Below, piece after piece: positions 28,928 through 40,568 of a stretch of DNA of 64,000 nucleotides. Location of the stretch: assembly GCA_963789385.1 (NCBI GenBank), contig CAWBKT010000038.1, positions 121,094-185,093 of the forward strand. Direction: 5' to 3'. The notes beneath the pieces are model-generated. The model ran no database searches and was not told where the DNA came from. It worked only from the letters and a program-made list of their open reading frames with translations. The position numbers and the translations under genes were made by a program. Within the stretch, counting starts at the first letter, position 1. The number at the start of each line of letters is the position of its first letter. The stretch comes from an uncultured delta proteobacterium. Lineage in GTDB: Bacteria; Desulfobacterota; Desulfobaccia; Desulfobaccales; Desulfobaccaceae.

Positions 28928-29039
28928 AAGGCAATTCTCCTGTGAGTGAGAAAGTTTCTGGGCCGAAATGGCCCTGCCTGGGACTGCCAGGCCTGGCCGG
29001 CGTCCCCCGGCGCGGTGCCGCCGGGGAACGCCTTTCCTG

Positions 29040-31312
29040 GATCGGGTTCCTTGGTTACACCGGCGCTGCATGACCACCAGGGGCCGCATCATGTCGTGCT
29101 CTTCGTGCTCCAGGATATGGCAGTGCCAGACGTATTCGTGGCCGCCGGTCCGGGGGCTCAAGCAGGTAGTTGTTTACCGGCGCTGGGCTGTCACATTCGG
29201 CAGGATTTGGCGGCAGGGTGAAGGTCATGGCCACCCGGGTAACCTCCCCGGGATTCATTCTGACCGTCTCCTTCCAGCCCCGTTCGTCCGGGTAGGGCGG
29301 GGTCGGCGTCCCCATCTTGGTAAACCGGCCAAACTTGACGACAAAAGGCTGGCGGGAAAGCACCTGGACGTTCACCAGGTGAAAATGGATGGGGTGAGTG
29401 TCCCCGGTGAGGTTGTAAATCTCCCAGATTTCCGTGGTTCCCGCCATGGGCTTTTCCGTGGGGGTGTTCAGCAACGGCTGCCCATACGTCCCGTTGGGCT
29501 GCAGCACCGTGGTGCCCAGCAACTGCTGGAGGCGGCCGTATTTGTCGAAGTTCTCATTCAGGGTCAGCGACCGGGTCCTGTTGATCGGTTACCGTTGGGT
29601 TCCCCGTCGGAAACCCGTTCGCGTCGTAAGTCGGGTAAATAAGCGGGTCGTTCCAGGCATCGCCGCTCGATTGCACCGCCGGCTGCGGTAGTGAAGTTAG
29701 TCGGCAGTTGCACCGGAGTTATCGCCGTCGTGGCCGCAACCACGGTGATCTTCAAGATTTCCCGGGTGTTGGGCCCGACTGCCCGAATTGTGGTGTTGGG
29801 CAAAAAGTCGTTCACGGGGTCGCCCACCGGGAAGGGGGCCGGCGTGTCGGTGTAGAGGATGAAGCTCTTGCCCGTTTGACCGCTGAAGTCGATGACCACG
29901 TCCAGCCGCTCCGCCGGGCCCATGAGCAGGGAGCCGTTGAGCGTCACCGGGTTAAAGGGCACGTTCAAGGGCATGGCCACGGGTTTGGTCAGGAAGCCGC
30001 CCTCGTTGCCGATGACCAGGCACTTGCTTTGCCCCGCCACCTGTTGAGTAGCATCACCATTCACCACCGGTTCGGCGCCCTGCCAGGTAAACGGCAGCGT
30101 TGGTGGGCACCAGCGTCGTCGGGATCCAGGGTGATGCCGTTCAGGGAGTGGCGTCCGCCTGGTAGAGCTGCAGGTTCAGAAACCGGGCGTTGCAGGCATT
30201 CAAGCAGGCGCAGCCGGTACGGGCGGGCTTCCACCTGGAGGGTGGGATAGACCGTGCCGTTGGCCAGCATGGTGTCGCCAAAGAACTCCGGAACCACCGA
30301 AGGGTTGGGCGGCGGCAGGTACTTGCCGCCGGTCAAGAGTCTCTACCGGGCGGGGTCGTAAACATGGGCGTACCAGAGGGACCCCGTGGACTGGACATCC
30401 GGGCGGGCCACGGTGGGCCAGGTGGGGTCTAGAGTGGGGATGGAGGCGCTGTTCACAAAGACCTTGTCCTGGAAGACGAGGGGGAGTTCAACCACCGGCT
30501 GACCGCCAGGACACTGGTTTCGATATACTGCGGGAGGCCGTAATTGGCCACCAGATTGGCTTCGAATTGATCCCGGATGACCAGGGCGCTGGCCACGCCG
30601 GCGTAGGCGTTGATGCGGGTGATGCCGTAGGCGTGGTCGTGGTACCAGCCCAGCCGGGCGCTCTGGTCCATGGTGTAGTAATACTCCGCCTGATTGGCTG
30701 CGGCGCCAGGATTGAGAATGACGTTGTTCAGAAAGCTGGGCCCGTGATTGCCGACGGGGTCCCACCAGTCGAAGGGGCCGCCGTCGCTGTACCAGGGGAT
30801 ATGGCCGCCGTGGAAGTGCACGGCGGTGCGGTTTTGGGCCTTCGACCCGGTCCTCAATGACAGTGTCATCCACCGGGATGATGTTGAGTGCCTGTCCGGC
30901 AGAGTTGGTTCTGAAAGGTAATCTGGATGGGGGTGCCCTTGTTGGCCACGATGATGCCGCCCAGGTGCGTCTGTGGTTGAGGACCGGCGGATTATCCCCA
31001 AGGCTTTAGTCGGGTTATAACCCCACAACCGGGTGGGGCCGCCGCCGCCGATGGTATCGGTGAACTCGCCGATGTCGATGGTGTAATGGAGAGACGCCGG
31101 TAACCGGGGCCGGCGTGCCGATCCGCCGCGGCCACCGGGATGCCCCCGGGCCCCACCCCCCGGAAGGCTGTGCCCCACAGGGGGAGAGCCGGGCTGATCA
31201 TGAAAGCCTGCGCCTGGGCCCAGTGCAGCCCTCTTTGCCAATCGAAGCGCCAGGGAATCGCCGCGACTGCACCGGCGGCGCCAATAATTTGTAAAAACCT
31301 TCGCCTATCCAT
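29040..31312 (-). pseudogene. Tat-exported multicopper oxidase, at least 6 frame changes
   Basis: The Tat leader is MDRRRFLQIIGAAGAVAAIP, with GGGAGGGG upstream. Cu-site motifs are spread over six ORF fragments: WYHDHA (30453-31241), HPIHFHLVNVQVL (29055-29522) and HEYVWHCHILEHEEHDMMRP (upstream part of ORF 28067-29161). The 3-prime end is uncertain. Confidence 0.7.
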
Positions 31313-31930
31313 ACAATCCCCTCCCTGAGCCAAAGGCCCTTGTTATGATTTAAAAAACTGTTTTTTTATTCGACTGTTCCCTAAAACCTTGCCTCGCCGG
31401 CTGCCCGGATAGCCTGAGGCTGGCGCCGCCTGAGAACTGTTAACTATAAGTTTTTCATCACCATAAGATTATTGGCTTGCCCTTCCCGCCTCAGAGCGGG
31501 TTTTGGCATTGTCTGGCGGAAGGGTTAATCCATGCTCTCAAATCATCGCCATGTTTAATAAATGAAACTTAACCCTCACCCATCAAATATATATTAAATC
31601 GTCGATCTAAATATGATGCAATTTTCGTGCTAATAACAACAACTTGAAATAATTAAATATTAAATTCATTATGGATGATAATTATGTTCAGATAGATTAA
31701 ACATGATGTTTAAGTTTTCAAACATTGCACTCAGAATCCGAAATCAATAAAAATAAAATCCATTCCATCGAATTTAACTGAGGCCCGCCTCGTGAAAATA
31801 TTATGATTTTGTCCATCTTGAAACTATAGAGAATAATAGTCAATATGGTATGGTTATTTTGTGCTTATAAATTCTTTAATAATGTCTAACCAATTTAATT
31901 TATATATTTAAATCTGATTCATTTTCCTTT

Positions 31931-31945
31931 TGGCAATGCGGGTGC
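31931..31945 (+). promoter_or_regulatory. possible sigma-54 -24/-12 element upstream of the DUF4124 operon
   Basis: TGGCAATGCGGGTGC has GG and GC at the canonical 10-nt spacing, but it is degenerate (TGGCAA and GTGC). It lies about 95 nt upstream of GTG 32041. Confidence 0.3.
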
Positions 31946-32040
31946 TGTCGGAAATTGTGAGTCCCTTGCTTTTATGAGAATGAAAACGTAACTTATGCTA
32001 TAATTATATTTGTCATTGCTGGACTTTGGAGGCTGGGGAA

Positions 32041-32339
32041 AGTGAATCAAATGGTATGGCTGAAGCATCTGAGGGGATTGCTCACGATCCTGTGGCTGGG
32101 GGCTATCCTCGTCCTTGCCGGCGGCGGCAGATCAGATCAAGTGCTTCACCGACAGCCGGGGAGTGATCCATATCACCAATAACGCCGAAACCCAGGAGAG
32201 CCTCCAGACCGGCCCGGCCCCCGTGGCGGCTCTGCCTTCCTTCGCCAATCCGAGGGATAAATACGAGAAGCTCCGCATCTTAAATGAGAGGCGGGGTCGG
32301 TTGCCACCAGATCCCTGGCAGATGCAGCCTTTACCGTAA
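32041..32339 (+). pseudogene. DUF4124-like secreted protein, frame change near 32125
   Basis: GGAGG lies upstream. The signal part VNQMVWLKHLRGLLTILWLGAILVLAGGG is in one frame. The next frame (ORF 32115-32339) gives ADQIKCFTDSRGVIHITNNAE, the DUF4124 core pattern. Confidence 0.55.
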
Positions 32340-32400
32340 CCACAAGCGATAGAGTGAGTAATATTTTAGGAAAAAAAGTTTAAGTGAGGCAGACCGGGCT

Positions 32401-32697
32401 GTGAGAAATTCGGATATTTTCATCTTTTTCCTTGTGGGAGGCTCCCTGCTGCTGGGTCTGGCCCTGGCCCACTCCCAGGCGTCCAACCTGGCCCGGGAAA
32501 ACACCCTGGCCGTCACCACCAGGGTGGTGGCTGAACTCGGACTCACCGACTTGTGCCTGTCCACCGAAGCCCGGCACACCCGGCATCCTTCCCAGGCCGA
32601 CCGTAATGCCCCCTTTCAGAGCCATCCCCTGGCATTGGATCACTTTCCCTCCGGGTCAAGTATCGGGCCCCCTCCCGCCCTCCGGAACGGCTCGTGA
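32401..32697 (+). CDS. signal-anchored small protein of unknown function
   Basis: GTG start. One N-terminal hydrophobic helix, IFIFFLVGGSLLLGLALA, is followed by ...VVAELGLTDLCLSTEARHTRHPSQAD.... The stop overlaps the next start (GTGA), which suggests translational coupling. Alternative frames translate to W/P-rich nonsense. Confidence 0.5.
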   Translation: MRNSDIFIFFLVGGSLLLGLALAHSQASNLARENTLAVTTRVVAELGLTDLCLSTEARHTRHPSQADRNAPFQSHPLALDHFPSGSSIGPPPALRNGS

Positions 32698-33830
32698 AGG
32701 GCTCGCTGCAAAAGCAGAGGCACATCCTGGACCTGGCCATCTCCTCGCTGCTGCGACGGGTCAAAAAGAACCTCACCCTGTTGACGGTCTACACCCTCAT
32801 CGTCTTCTGCCTGGCCTCCGTCATGTTGTACACTCAGACCCTGAAACGTGAGGCCGCCCTGGTGCTGCGGGGCAGCCCGGAGCTGATCGTCCAAAAGCTC
32901 ATGGGTGGCCGTCATGAGCTGATCCCTCTGGCCTATGCCGACAAAATCCAAAAAATTCGGGGTGTGCAGGAGGTCAAGGGCCGCCTCTGGGGCTATTACT
33001 ATGATCAGACCGCCCGGGCCAATTATACCCTGATGGCTACCCTGGGTTACGCCCTGGGCGATCGGGAGGTTGCCATCGGTGACGGTCTGGCCCGCATGCA
33101 CGGACTGGGTCGGGGACAACGCCTGTCGTTTCGGTCTTTTGACGGCCAGCCGGTGGATTTCACCGTCAAAGGAGTGTTCGGGCCGGAATCGGCACTGGTC
33201 TCGGCGGATCTGATCCTGATGTCGGAGCCGGGACTCCGAAGGGTTTTCGGCATCCCGCCCGACAATGCCACCGACCTGGCCGTGACCGTGCGTAATCAAA
33301 AAGAGATTCCAACCATTGCCGCCAAGATCCTGGACCTGCTGCCGGATAGCCGGCCCATTTCCCGTCAGGAGATTCTCAAAACCTACGAGGCGGTTTTTGA
33401 CTGGCGGGGCGGCATCCTCCTGGTGATGCTGGCGGGAACGGTTCTGGCCTTCCTGATTCTTACCTGTGACAAGGCCGCCGGATTGAGCTCCGAAGAAAAA
33501 CGGGAGATCGGCATCCTCAAGGCCATCGGCTGGGAGACCGCAGATATCCTCCTGCTAAAAATGTACGAGGGTGCAGTTATTTCCCTGGTCGCCTTTCTGG
33601 TCGGCACCGTGCTGGCTTACGTGACCCTTTCCCTCACCGGGGGGGCTTTGCTGGCGCCGGTTCTGAAAGGTTGGTCGACGTTGTATCCGGAGTTTCACCT
33701 GATTCCCTACCTCGATGCCTACCAGCTTGCCGTGCTTTTCTTTCTGACGGTGATTCCTTATACCGTGGCCACCATCGTGCCTTCCTGGCGAGCCGCCAAC
33801 ATCGATCCTGATCTGGTGATGCGGACATGA
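32694..33830 (+). CDS. FtsX/MacB-type ABC transporter permease
   Basis: 378 aa with TM1, a ~200-aa extracytoplasmic domain and three C-terminal TMs. It contains EKREIGILKAIGWETADIL, the FtsX-family motif. Confidence 0.8.
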   Translation: MKGSLQKQRHILDLAISSLLRRVKKNLTLLTVYTLIVFCLASVMLYTQTLKREAALVLRGSPELIVQKLMGGRHELIPLAYADKIQKIRGVQEVKGRLWGYYYDQTARANYTLMATLGYALGDREVAIGDGLARMHGLGRGQRLSFRSFDGQPVDFTVKGVFGPESALVSADLILMSEPGLRRVFGIPPDNATDLAVTVRNQKEIPTIAAKILDLLPDSRPISRQEILKTYEAVFDWRGGILLVMLAGTVLAFLILTCDKAAGLSSEEKREIGILKAIGWETADILLLKMYEGAVISLVAFLVGTVLAYVTLSLTGGALLAPVLKGWSTLYPEFHLIPYLDAYQLAVLFFLTVIPYTVATIVPSWRAANIDPDLVMRT

Positions 33831-34498
33831 TCGTCCTGAAGGAAGTAAGGAAGGTCTTTCACGGCGGCCAGCCTAATGAATACGTAGCCGTGGCCGGTGT
33901 CAGCCTGGAGGTGGCAAGGAACCAGATGACGGTGTTGAAGGGGCCCAGCGGTTCCGGGAAGACTACCCTTCTGAGCCTCATCGGCTGTATGGCCCGCCCC
34001 AGCTCGGGCCGGATTTTTCTGGGGGAAAAAGAGATCACCAGCCTGCCGGAGAGATTTTTGACGGACATCCGCCTCCGGACCTTTGGGTTCATCTTCCAGC
34101 AGTTCAATCTGCTCTCCGGGTTGAGCGTCCTGGAAAACGTCCTGATGCCGGCATATCCCCTGGGGGAGAGCCTGTCCACTCTGAAACGGCGCGGCCGGGC
34201 CCTCTTGGACAGGTTCGGCCTGTCTCACCGGGCCGCGGCCAAGGTTCAATGGCTTTCGGGCGGCGAGGCCCAACGGGTGGCCATGGCCCGGGCTTTGATG
34301 AACCACCCGCAGATCATTATTGCCGATGAACCCACGGCTCATTTGGATACCAAACTCTCCCGGGAGTTCATGGAGATGATGCGCCTGTGCCAGGCCGAAG
34401 GTAAGACCATCCTCATGGCCAGCCATGATCCCCTGGTGTATGATGCCGCCACGGTGGATCGGGTCATCAACCTGCGTGACGGCAGGATCGTGGCTTAG
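33827..34498 (+). CDS. ABC transporter ATP-binding protein (MacB/LolD-like)
   Basis: Walker A GPSGSGKTTLL, signature LSGGEAQRVAMARAL and Walker B IIIADEPTAHLD. The start overlaps the permease stop. Confidence 0.9.
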   Translation: MIVLKEVRKVFHGGQPNEYVAVAGVSLEVARNQMTVLKGPSGSGKTTLLSLIGCMARPSSGRIFLGEKEITSLPERFLTDIRLRTFGFIFQQFNLLSGLSVLENVLMPAYPLGESLSTLKRRGRALLDRFGLSHRAAAKVQWLSGGEAQRVAMARALMNHPQIIIADEPTAHLDTKLSREFMEMMRLCQAEGKTILMASHDPLVYDAATVDRVINLRDGRIVA

Positions 34499-34508
34499 GG
34501 GGGCTAAA

Positions 34509-35505
34509 GTGCTGCTGACCCCCGCCGTCCTGGCCCTGACCCTCGGTTCCCTGTTGATCAGCGGCATGCTGGGGTACGCCGCTTTTTTCGGAGCCACCAT
34601 CCTGCGGTTCTGGGACCTGAAGAGCGGCAGCGAACTCCAACTCGGGCTGGAGCGGCAGACCTATCTCATCTCGACCCTCCTGACCGTTGCTCTCATCTTC
34701 CAGTTTCTGTCTTTTTTCCTGTTCATCTATACGGCAGATCGGCTGCACCCGTACTTCACCGGAGCCATGTGCGCCGCCGGGTCCCTCAACGCCAATGGCT
34801 GGGGCTATCCGGTCTTGGTCCTGAAACTGGCCACCTTGATCCTGGCCGGACTCTGGCTGATTATCAACCGGGCGGACAATGGAGGCTTCGATTATCCCTT
34901 AATCCGGGTGAAGTATCGCCTGCTCCTGGGATTGGCGCCCTTCGTGTTCGTCGAGGCTGCCGCCCAGTGGCTCTATTTTTGGCATTTGCGGCCCAATATC
35001 ATTACCTCGTGCTGCGGGGCCTTGTTCAGGTCCCGCCGGGGAGAGCCTGGGCGCGGATGTTCTGTCCCTGCCCCCCAAACCCATGTTGGTCGCCGCCTTC
35101 ATAGCCATCGGGGCGGTGCTGGCCGCCGGACTCTGGTTCTTCCGTACCGGCAAAGGCGGCTATCTCCTGGCGGGCCTCAGCCTGGCGGCTTTCATCATCG
35201 CCGGTTTGGCGTGCATCACGGTGGTCTCCCTCTATATCTATGAACTGCCGACGCACCACTGTCCCTTCTGCTTCTTACAATGGGAATACTGGTTTATCGG
35301 CTATCCCATGTATTTGATGCTCCTCATCGGCGTCCTGGGAGGCCTGGGCGCGGGTCTCCTGACGGTCTTCCGGGATCGGGAAAGCCTAACTGCCAGTCTG
35401 CCAGCTTTGCAGGCCAGGCTGGCCCTGGCCGCCATCGTGGGATTTGGCGTTTTTGCTCTGATTGCGGGGTATCAGGTGGTAACTTCCCACCTGGTCTTGT
35501 CCTGA
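34509..35505 (+). pseudogene. polytopic membrane protein with CC and HHCPFC motifs, unknown family, frame change near 35025
   Basis: The start is GTG 34509. About 8 hydrophobic helices run across ORFs 34425-35243 and 35083-35505. Conserved-looking Cys motifs are FTGAMCAAGS, ITSCCGAL and ELPTHHCPFCFLQWEYW. The last resembles the DsbB/BdbC-type PCxxC-xxQ segment. Confidence 0.5.
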
Positions 35506-35562
35506 ACTCGGAGGCTCCGGCAGGTCAGAGAAAGTTGCTATTATTCCAGGCGCTGGAGGCAT

Positions 35563-35775
35563 ATGATGGCTAAGGCGAAAACTATGGATGATAACGATAT
35601 TCGCATGAAGGGCATTGAGGCTTTAAATAAAGCCCTGGGACCGACCGCGGCGCTAAGGTTTCTTAGTCTCCTGCATCGTCAGCCCACTGATTATGTTGAA
35701 ATTTCTCGACGTCTCTATGAAGGACAGACGGTTGATGAGATTTTAAGCCGAGCCAAAGAACACTGGCGGGAATAA
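35563..35775 (+). CDS. small hypothetical protein (70 aa)
   Basis: GGAGG lies just upstream. The ORF is followed by a strong terminator. I recognise no motif. Confidence 0.45.
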   Translation: MMAKAKTMDDNDIRMKGIEALNKALGPTAALRFLSLLHRQPTDYVEISRRLYEGQTVDEILSRAKEHWRE

Positions 35776-35791
35776 TTAGCTTATACACAGA

Positions 35792-35831
35792 AAGCCGGAA
35801 CAGATTTGAGACCTGTTCCGGCTTCATTTTT
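35792..35831. terminator. hairpin terminator between convergent genes
   Basis: AAGCCGGAACAG (35792-803) pairs with CTGTTCCGGCTT (35813-24). CATTTTT follows on the plus strand. Confidence 0.75.
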
Positions 35832-35855
35832 AGTTCAATTCAGGCTGCCAGCGGC

Positions 35856-37511
<1,656 letters not shown>

Positions 37512-37580
37512 CTACTCCTCTCATAGGAAAAATTAAAAGCTTGGTTTGGATAATAAGGAAAAATTGGCAGGCTTGCGGAA

Positions 37581-37871
37581 TTAGTCTCCGAGAATCGCCA
37601 GGATGTCGTCTTCCCGCATCATGAGGTGCTCTTCGCCTTCAACTTTGATTTCAGTGCCGGCATATTTGCCGAACAGGACCCGGTCACCGGCTTTGACGGT
37701 CAGGGCCACACGCTCGCCATTATCGGATACCTTGCCGGAACCCACGGCCACGACCTTGCCTTCGATGGGTTTTTCTTTGGCGGTGTCGGGGATGTAGATG
37801 CCGCCTTTGGTCATCTGAACTTCTTCGGTCCGCTTCACCAGAACGCGATCGTTCAAGGGAATAATCTTCAT
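37581..37871 (-). CDS. groES: co-chaperonin GroES
   Basis: 96 aa with [14 protein letters not shown], ...[13 protein letters not shown] and GKVVAVGSG. Confidence 0.97.
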   Translation of the reverse strand: MKIIPLNDRVLVKRTEEVQMTKGGIYIPDTAKEKPIEGKVVAVGSGKVSDNGERVALTVKAGDRVLFGKYAGTEIKVEGEEHLMMREDDILAILGD

Positions 37872-37922
37872 ACTGTAACCTCCTGATATATTTTAGTGAA
37901 TCAATAAGGATAGTCTGTTCTA

Positions 37923-37949
37923 TTAGCACTCGCTACTGTCGAGTGCTAA
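37923..37949. promoter_or_regulatory. CIRCE operator (HrcA binding site)
   Basis: TTAGCACTC-GCTACTGTC-GAGTGCTAA is an exact match to TTAGCACTC-N9-GAGTGCTAA. It lies about 50 nt upstream of groES. Confidence 0.92.
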
Positions 37950-38029
37950 CAACGTTAATTTAAACCGGATTGTCAGGAAGTCAAGAGGGGAGGGCGAATT
38001 TTTTTTGCGGTGATTAATATTTTCTGATT

Positions 38030-38557
38030 TTAAAACATGATCCTGACCACCATAACGGCAATAATAATACCTAACAGATCAGCGGTCAAACAGACGGGCA
38101 CCAGGTATTTGGACTTGCGGATGCCCACGGCGCCTAGATACACCGCGATCACATAAAAAGTGGTTTCGGCGCTGCCCATGATCACCGCGGCCATGGTGCT
38201 GGTGAGGGAGTCCGGGCCGTGGGTTTTGAGAATTTCCGTAAAAATGCCCAGGGCCGCGGCGTTGGACATGGGTTTGACTAACCCGATGGAAAAGATTTCC
38301 GCCGGCAGGCCGAAGGGGCCGGCCACCGCGGCGAAAATGTTTTTGAAAAAATCGTGGGCCCCCGAGGCCTGGAACGTCTTCACCATGATGAAGATGGCCA
38401 GGACATACGGAAAGATGCCGATGATGATGTCAATGCCCTCTTTGGCCCCCGACACAAAGGATTCATAGACCGGCGTTTTCCTGGCAAAACCGTAGGCCAC
38501 GGTAAAAAAGATGAATATCGGGATGAGGTACTGAAAGATAAGTTCCAATTTTTCCAT
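38030..38557 (-). CDS. spmB: spore-maturation-protein-B-like nucleoside-recognition-domain membrane protein
   Basis: The start is ATG 38557, directly after the spmA stop. The protein is hydrophobic, with FPYVLAIFIMVKTF and ...GLVKPMSNAAALGIF. Confidence 0.75.
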   Translation of the reverse strand: MEKLELIFQYLIPIFIFFTVAYGFARKTPVYESFVSGAKEGIDIIIGIFPYVLAIFIMVKTFQASGAHDFFKNIFAAVAGPFGLPAEIFSIGLVKPMSNAAALGIFTEILKTHGPDSLTSTMAAVIMGSAETTFYVIAVYLGAVGIRKSKYLVPVCLTADLLGIIIAVMVVRIMF

Positions 38558-38558
38558 G

Positions 38559-39143
38559 TCACTGCTTCCTGCCATAGATCTTTTTGAATAAAAAGAGAAT
38601 GCCCACTGCCGTAAACGCCGAGATGAGGGTGGCAATCAAGGTCGGCAGAAGTATCCGATTCGGTTTCTGGGACCCGAAGCTGGCCAGCAGGCCGATGACC
38701 GTAAATGGAATAAATTGGACGCTGGCCGTGTTGATCACGATAAAAAGCATCATCTCAAAGCTGACGGTGTCCGGCTGGGAGTTCAGGGTCTGAAGGTCTT
38801 CCATGGCCTTGATGCCCAGCGGCGTCGCCGCGTTGCCGATACCCAGCATATTGGCCAGCAGGTTCAGAGTGATATTGGTGATGGCCGGGTGGCCGGCCGG
38901 AATTTTCCTGAACAGGAGCGAAATGGCCGGCTGAAAAAAATTGGACATCTTATAGATGATGCCGCAGTCTTCCAGAATTTTGGTCAGGCCCAGCCACAGG
39001 GAGACGATGCCCACTAAATAAAGGCAGACTTCCACCGCCGCCTTGCCGGCTTCGAACAAGGCCTTGGTAAAATCGTCGATCCTGCCGCTCAGGGCGGCAA
39101 ACAGGACACTGGTGCAGACGAGCACCATCCAGATGACGTTCAT
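38559..39143 (-). CDS. spmA: spore-maturation-protein-A-like nucleoside-recognition-domain membrane protein
   Basis: 194 aa with MNVIWMVLV, ...LWLGLTKILEDCGI... and LANMLGIGNAATPLGIKAM. Confidence 0.75.
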   Translation of the reverse strand: MNVIWMVLVCTSVLFAALSGRIDDFTKALFEAGKAAVEVCLYLVGIVSLWLGLTKILEDCGIIYKMSNFFQPAISLLFRKIPAGHPAITNITLNLLANMLGIGNAATPLGIKAMEDLQTLNSQPDTVSFEMMLFIVINTASVQFIPFTVIGLLASFGSQKPNRILLPTLIATLISAFTAVGILFLFKKIYGRKQ

Positions 39144-39446
39144 ACGTTTCCCTTAAAATATGGAGCACAGGCGTCCCCGCCTGTGCCGGCACAAAAACTC
39201 TCTTCTGTTGTTGGCTAAAGGATTATTAGCTGATTCTTTCATACCGCGCTTAAAGCCCGAGAGCAAGCAAATTATTACTTCAACAGCTGCTCGTTCCCCA
39301 GCCGGAGGTGATTCAAACGGCATGACGAATCTCAGACCAATTGAAAATTTTTTAATTATTGCTATCTAGTGCCGGCCACGGTGCCACTTTAAACTTTAAC
39401 GGCCAGGCTTGCAATACCCCGGCAAGTGCGATAAACTGGGGCAATC

Positions 39447-40476
39447 ATGGAAGAGCAGGATCGTTTTATCAGCCCCCAACGGCACCCGGAAGACCTCACC
39501 CTGGAAGTCGGTCTCAGACCCCGGTCTTTGCAGGAATTTGTTGGCCAGGAGGAGCTTAAGCGGACGCTGGGGATCGCCATCACCGCGGCCAGGGGGCGGG
39601 GTGAAGCCCTGGATCACATCCTGCTGCATGGCCAATCCGGGCTTGGGCAAAACCACCCTGGCGCATATCATTGCCCAGGAAATGGAGGCTGGTTTGCGGA
39701 CCACCTCCGGCCCGGTCATCGAACGCCCCGGCGACCTGGCCGCGCTGCTGACCAACCAAAAAGCCGGGGACGTCCTGTTCATCGACGAAATCCACCGCCT
39801 GCCCCACGTGGTGGAGGAGGTCCTCTACCCGGCCATGGAAGATTACAAGCTGGACCTGATCATCGGCCAGGGGCCGGGAGCCCGGGCCCTGCGCCTGGAC
39901 ATGCCCCGTTTCACCCTGGTGGGAGCCACCACTCGCGCCGGTTTGTTGACCCCGGCGCTCCGGGATCGCTTCGGCCTGATGCTGCGGCTGGAATTTTACC
40001 ATCCCGATCACCTGCAGGCCATTGTCAGCCGCTCGGCTATGGCTTTACAGATCGACATTGAAACGGCCGGGGCCCGAGAAATTGCCCGGCGGTCCCGGGG
40101 CACCCCCCGCATCGCCAACCGCCTCCTCAAACGGGTGCGGGATTTTGCCCAGGTGTACGGGGACAGTCGCATTACCCGGGACAATGCCGATGCCGCCTTG
40201 ACCATGCTGGAGGTGGACCACCAGGGTTTAGACCGCATGGACCGCCGGATTCTCCAAACCATAATCGAAAAATTCGACGGCGGTCCGGTGGGAGTGGATA
40301 CTTTGGCCGCGGCGCTGTGCGAAGAGCGGGACACCCTCGAGGATGTCTACGAGCCCTTTCTGATTCAATGCGGCTTTTTAAACCGCACTCCCCGGGGGCG
40401 GGTAGCCACCCGCCTGGCCCTGGAATACTTTGACCGGAAGCCGAAAAAACCTCAACAGCCGGTTCTGGAATTTTAA
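39447..40476 (+). pseudogene. ruvB: Holliday junction helicase RuvB, one frame change near 39632
   Basis: ORF 39447 reads [40 protein letters not shown]. The ORF 39409 frame continues [17 protein letters not shown]...[11 protein letters not shown]...[17 protein letters not shown]...[16 protein letters not shown]. One extra C after CATGGC explains the break. Confidence 0.92.
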
Positions 40477-40568
40477 GAGAAACCTTTCCCGCTTATTTCC
40501 CGCTTATTTTTCATCCTTGCTCCTCTCTATAATCTTCGATAAGGTATTTGCCTATAAGGGAATTACAT

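Noticed and set aside
31340-32040. CRISPR array or other repeat structure in the AT-rich tracts (also 11530-12050 and 43560-43890).
   Set aside because: I found no regularly spaced direct repeats and no cas genes anywhere in the window.
39166-39187. The perfect 9-bp hairpin GCACAGGCG-TCCC-CGCCTGTGC might be a terminator.
   Set aside because: It has no U-tract on the plus strand, and only a short, interrupted one (UCCAUAUUUU) on the minus strand. No gene ends next to it; it lies between the divergent spmA and ruvB starts. It may be a 5-prime UTR structure or an operator, but there is not enough evidence to call it.
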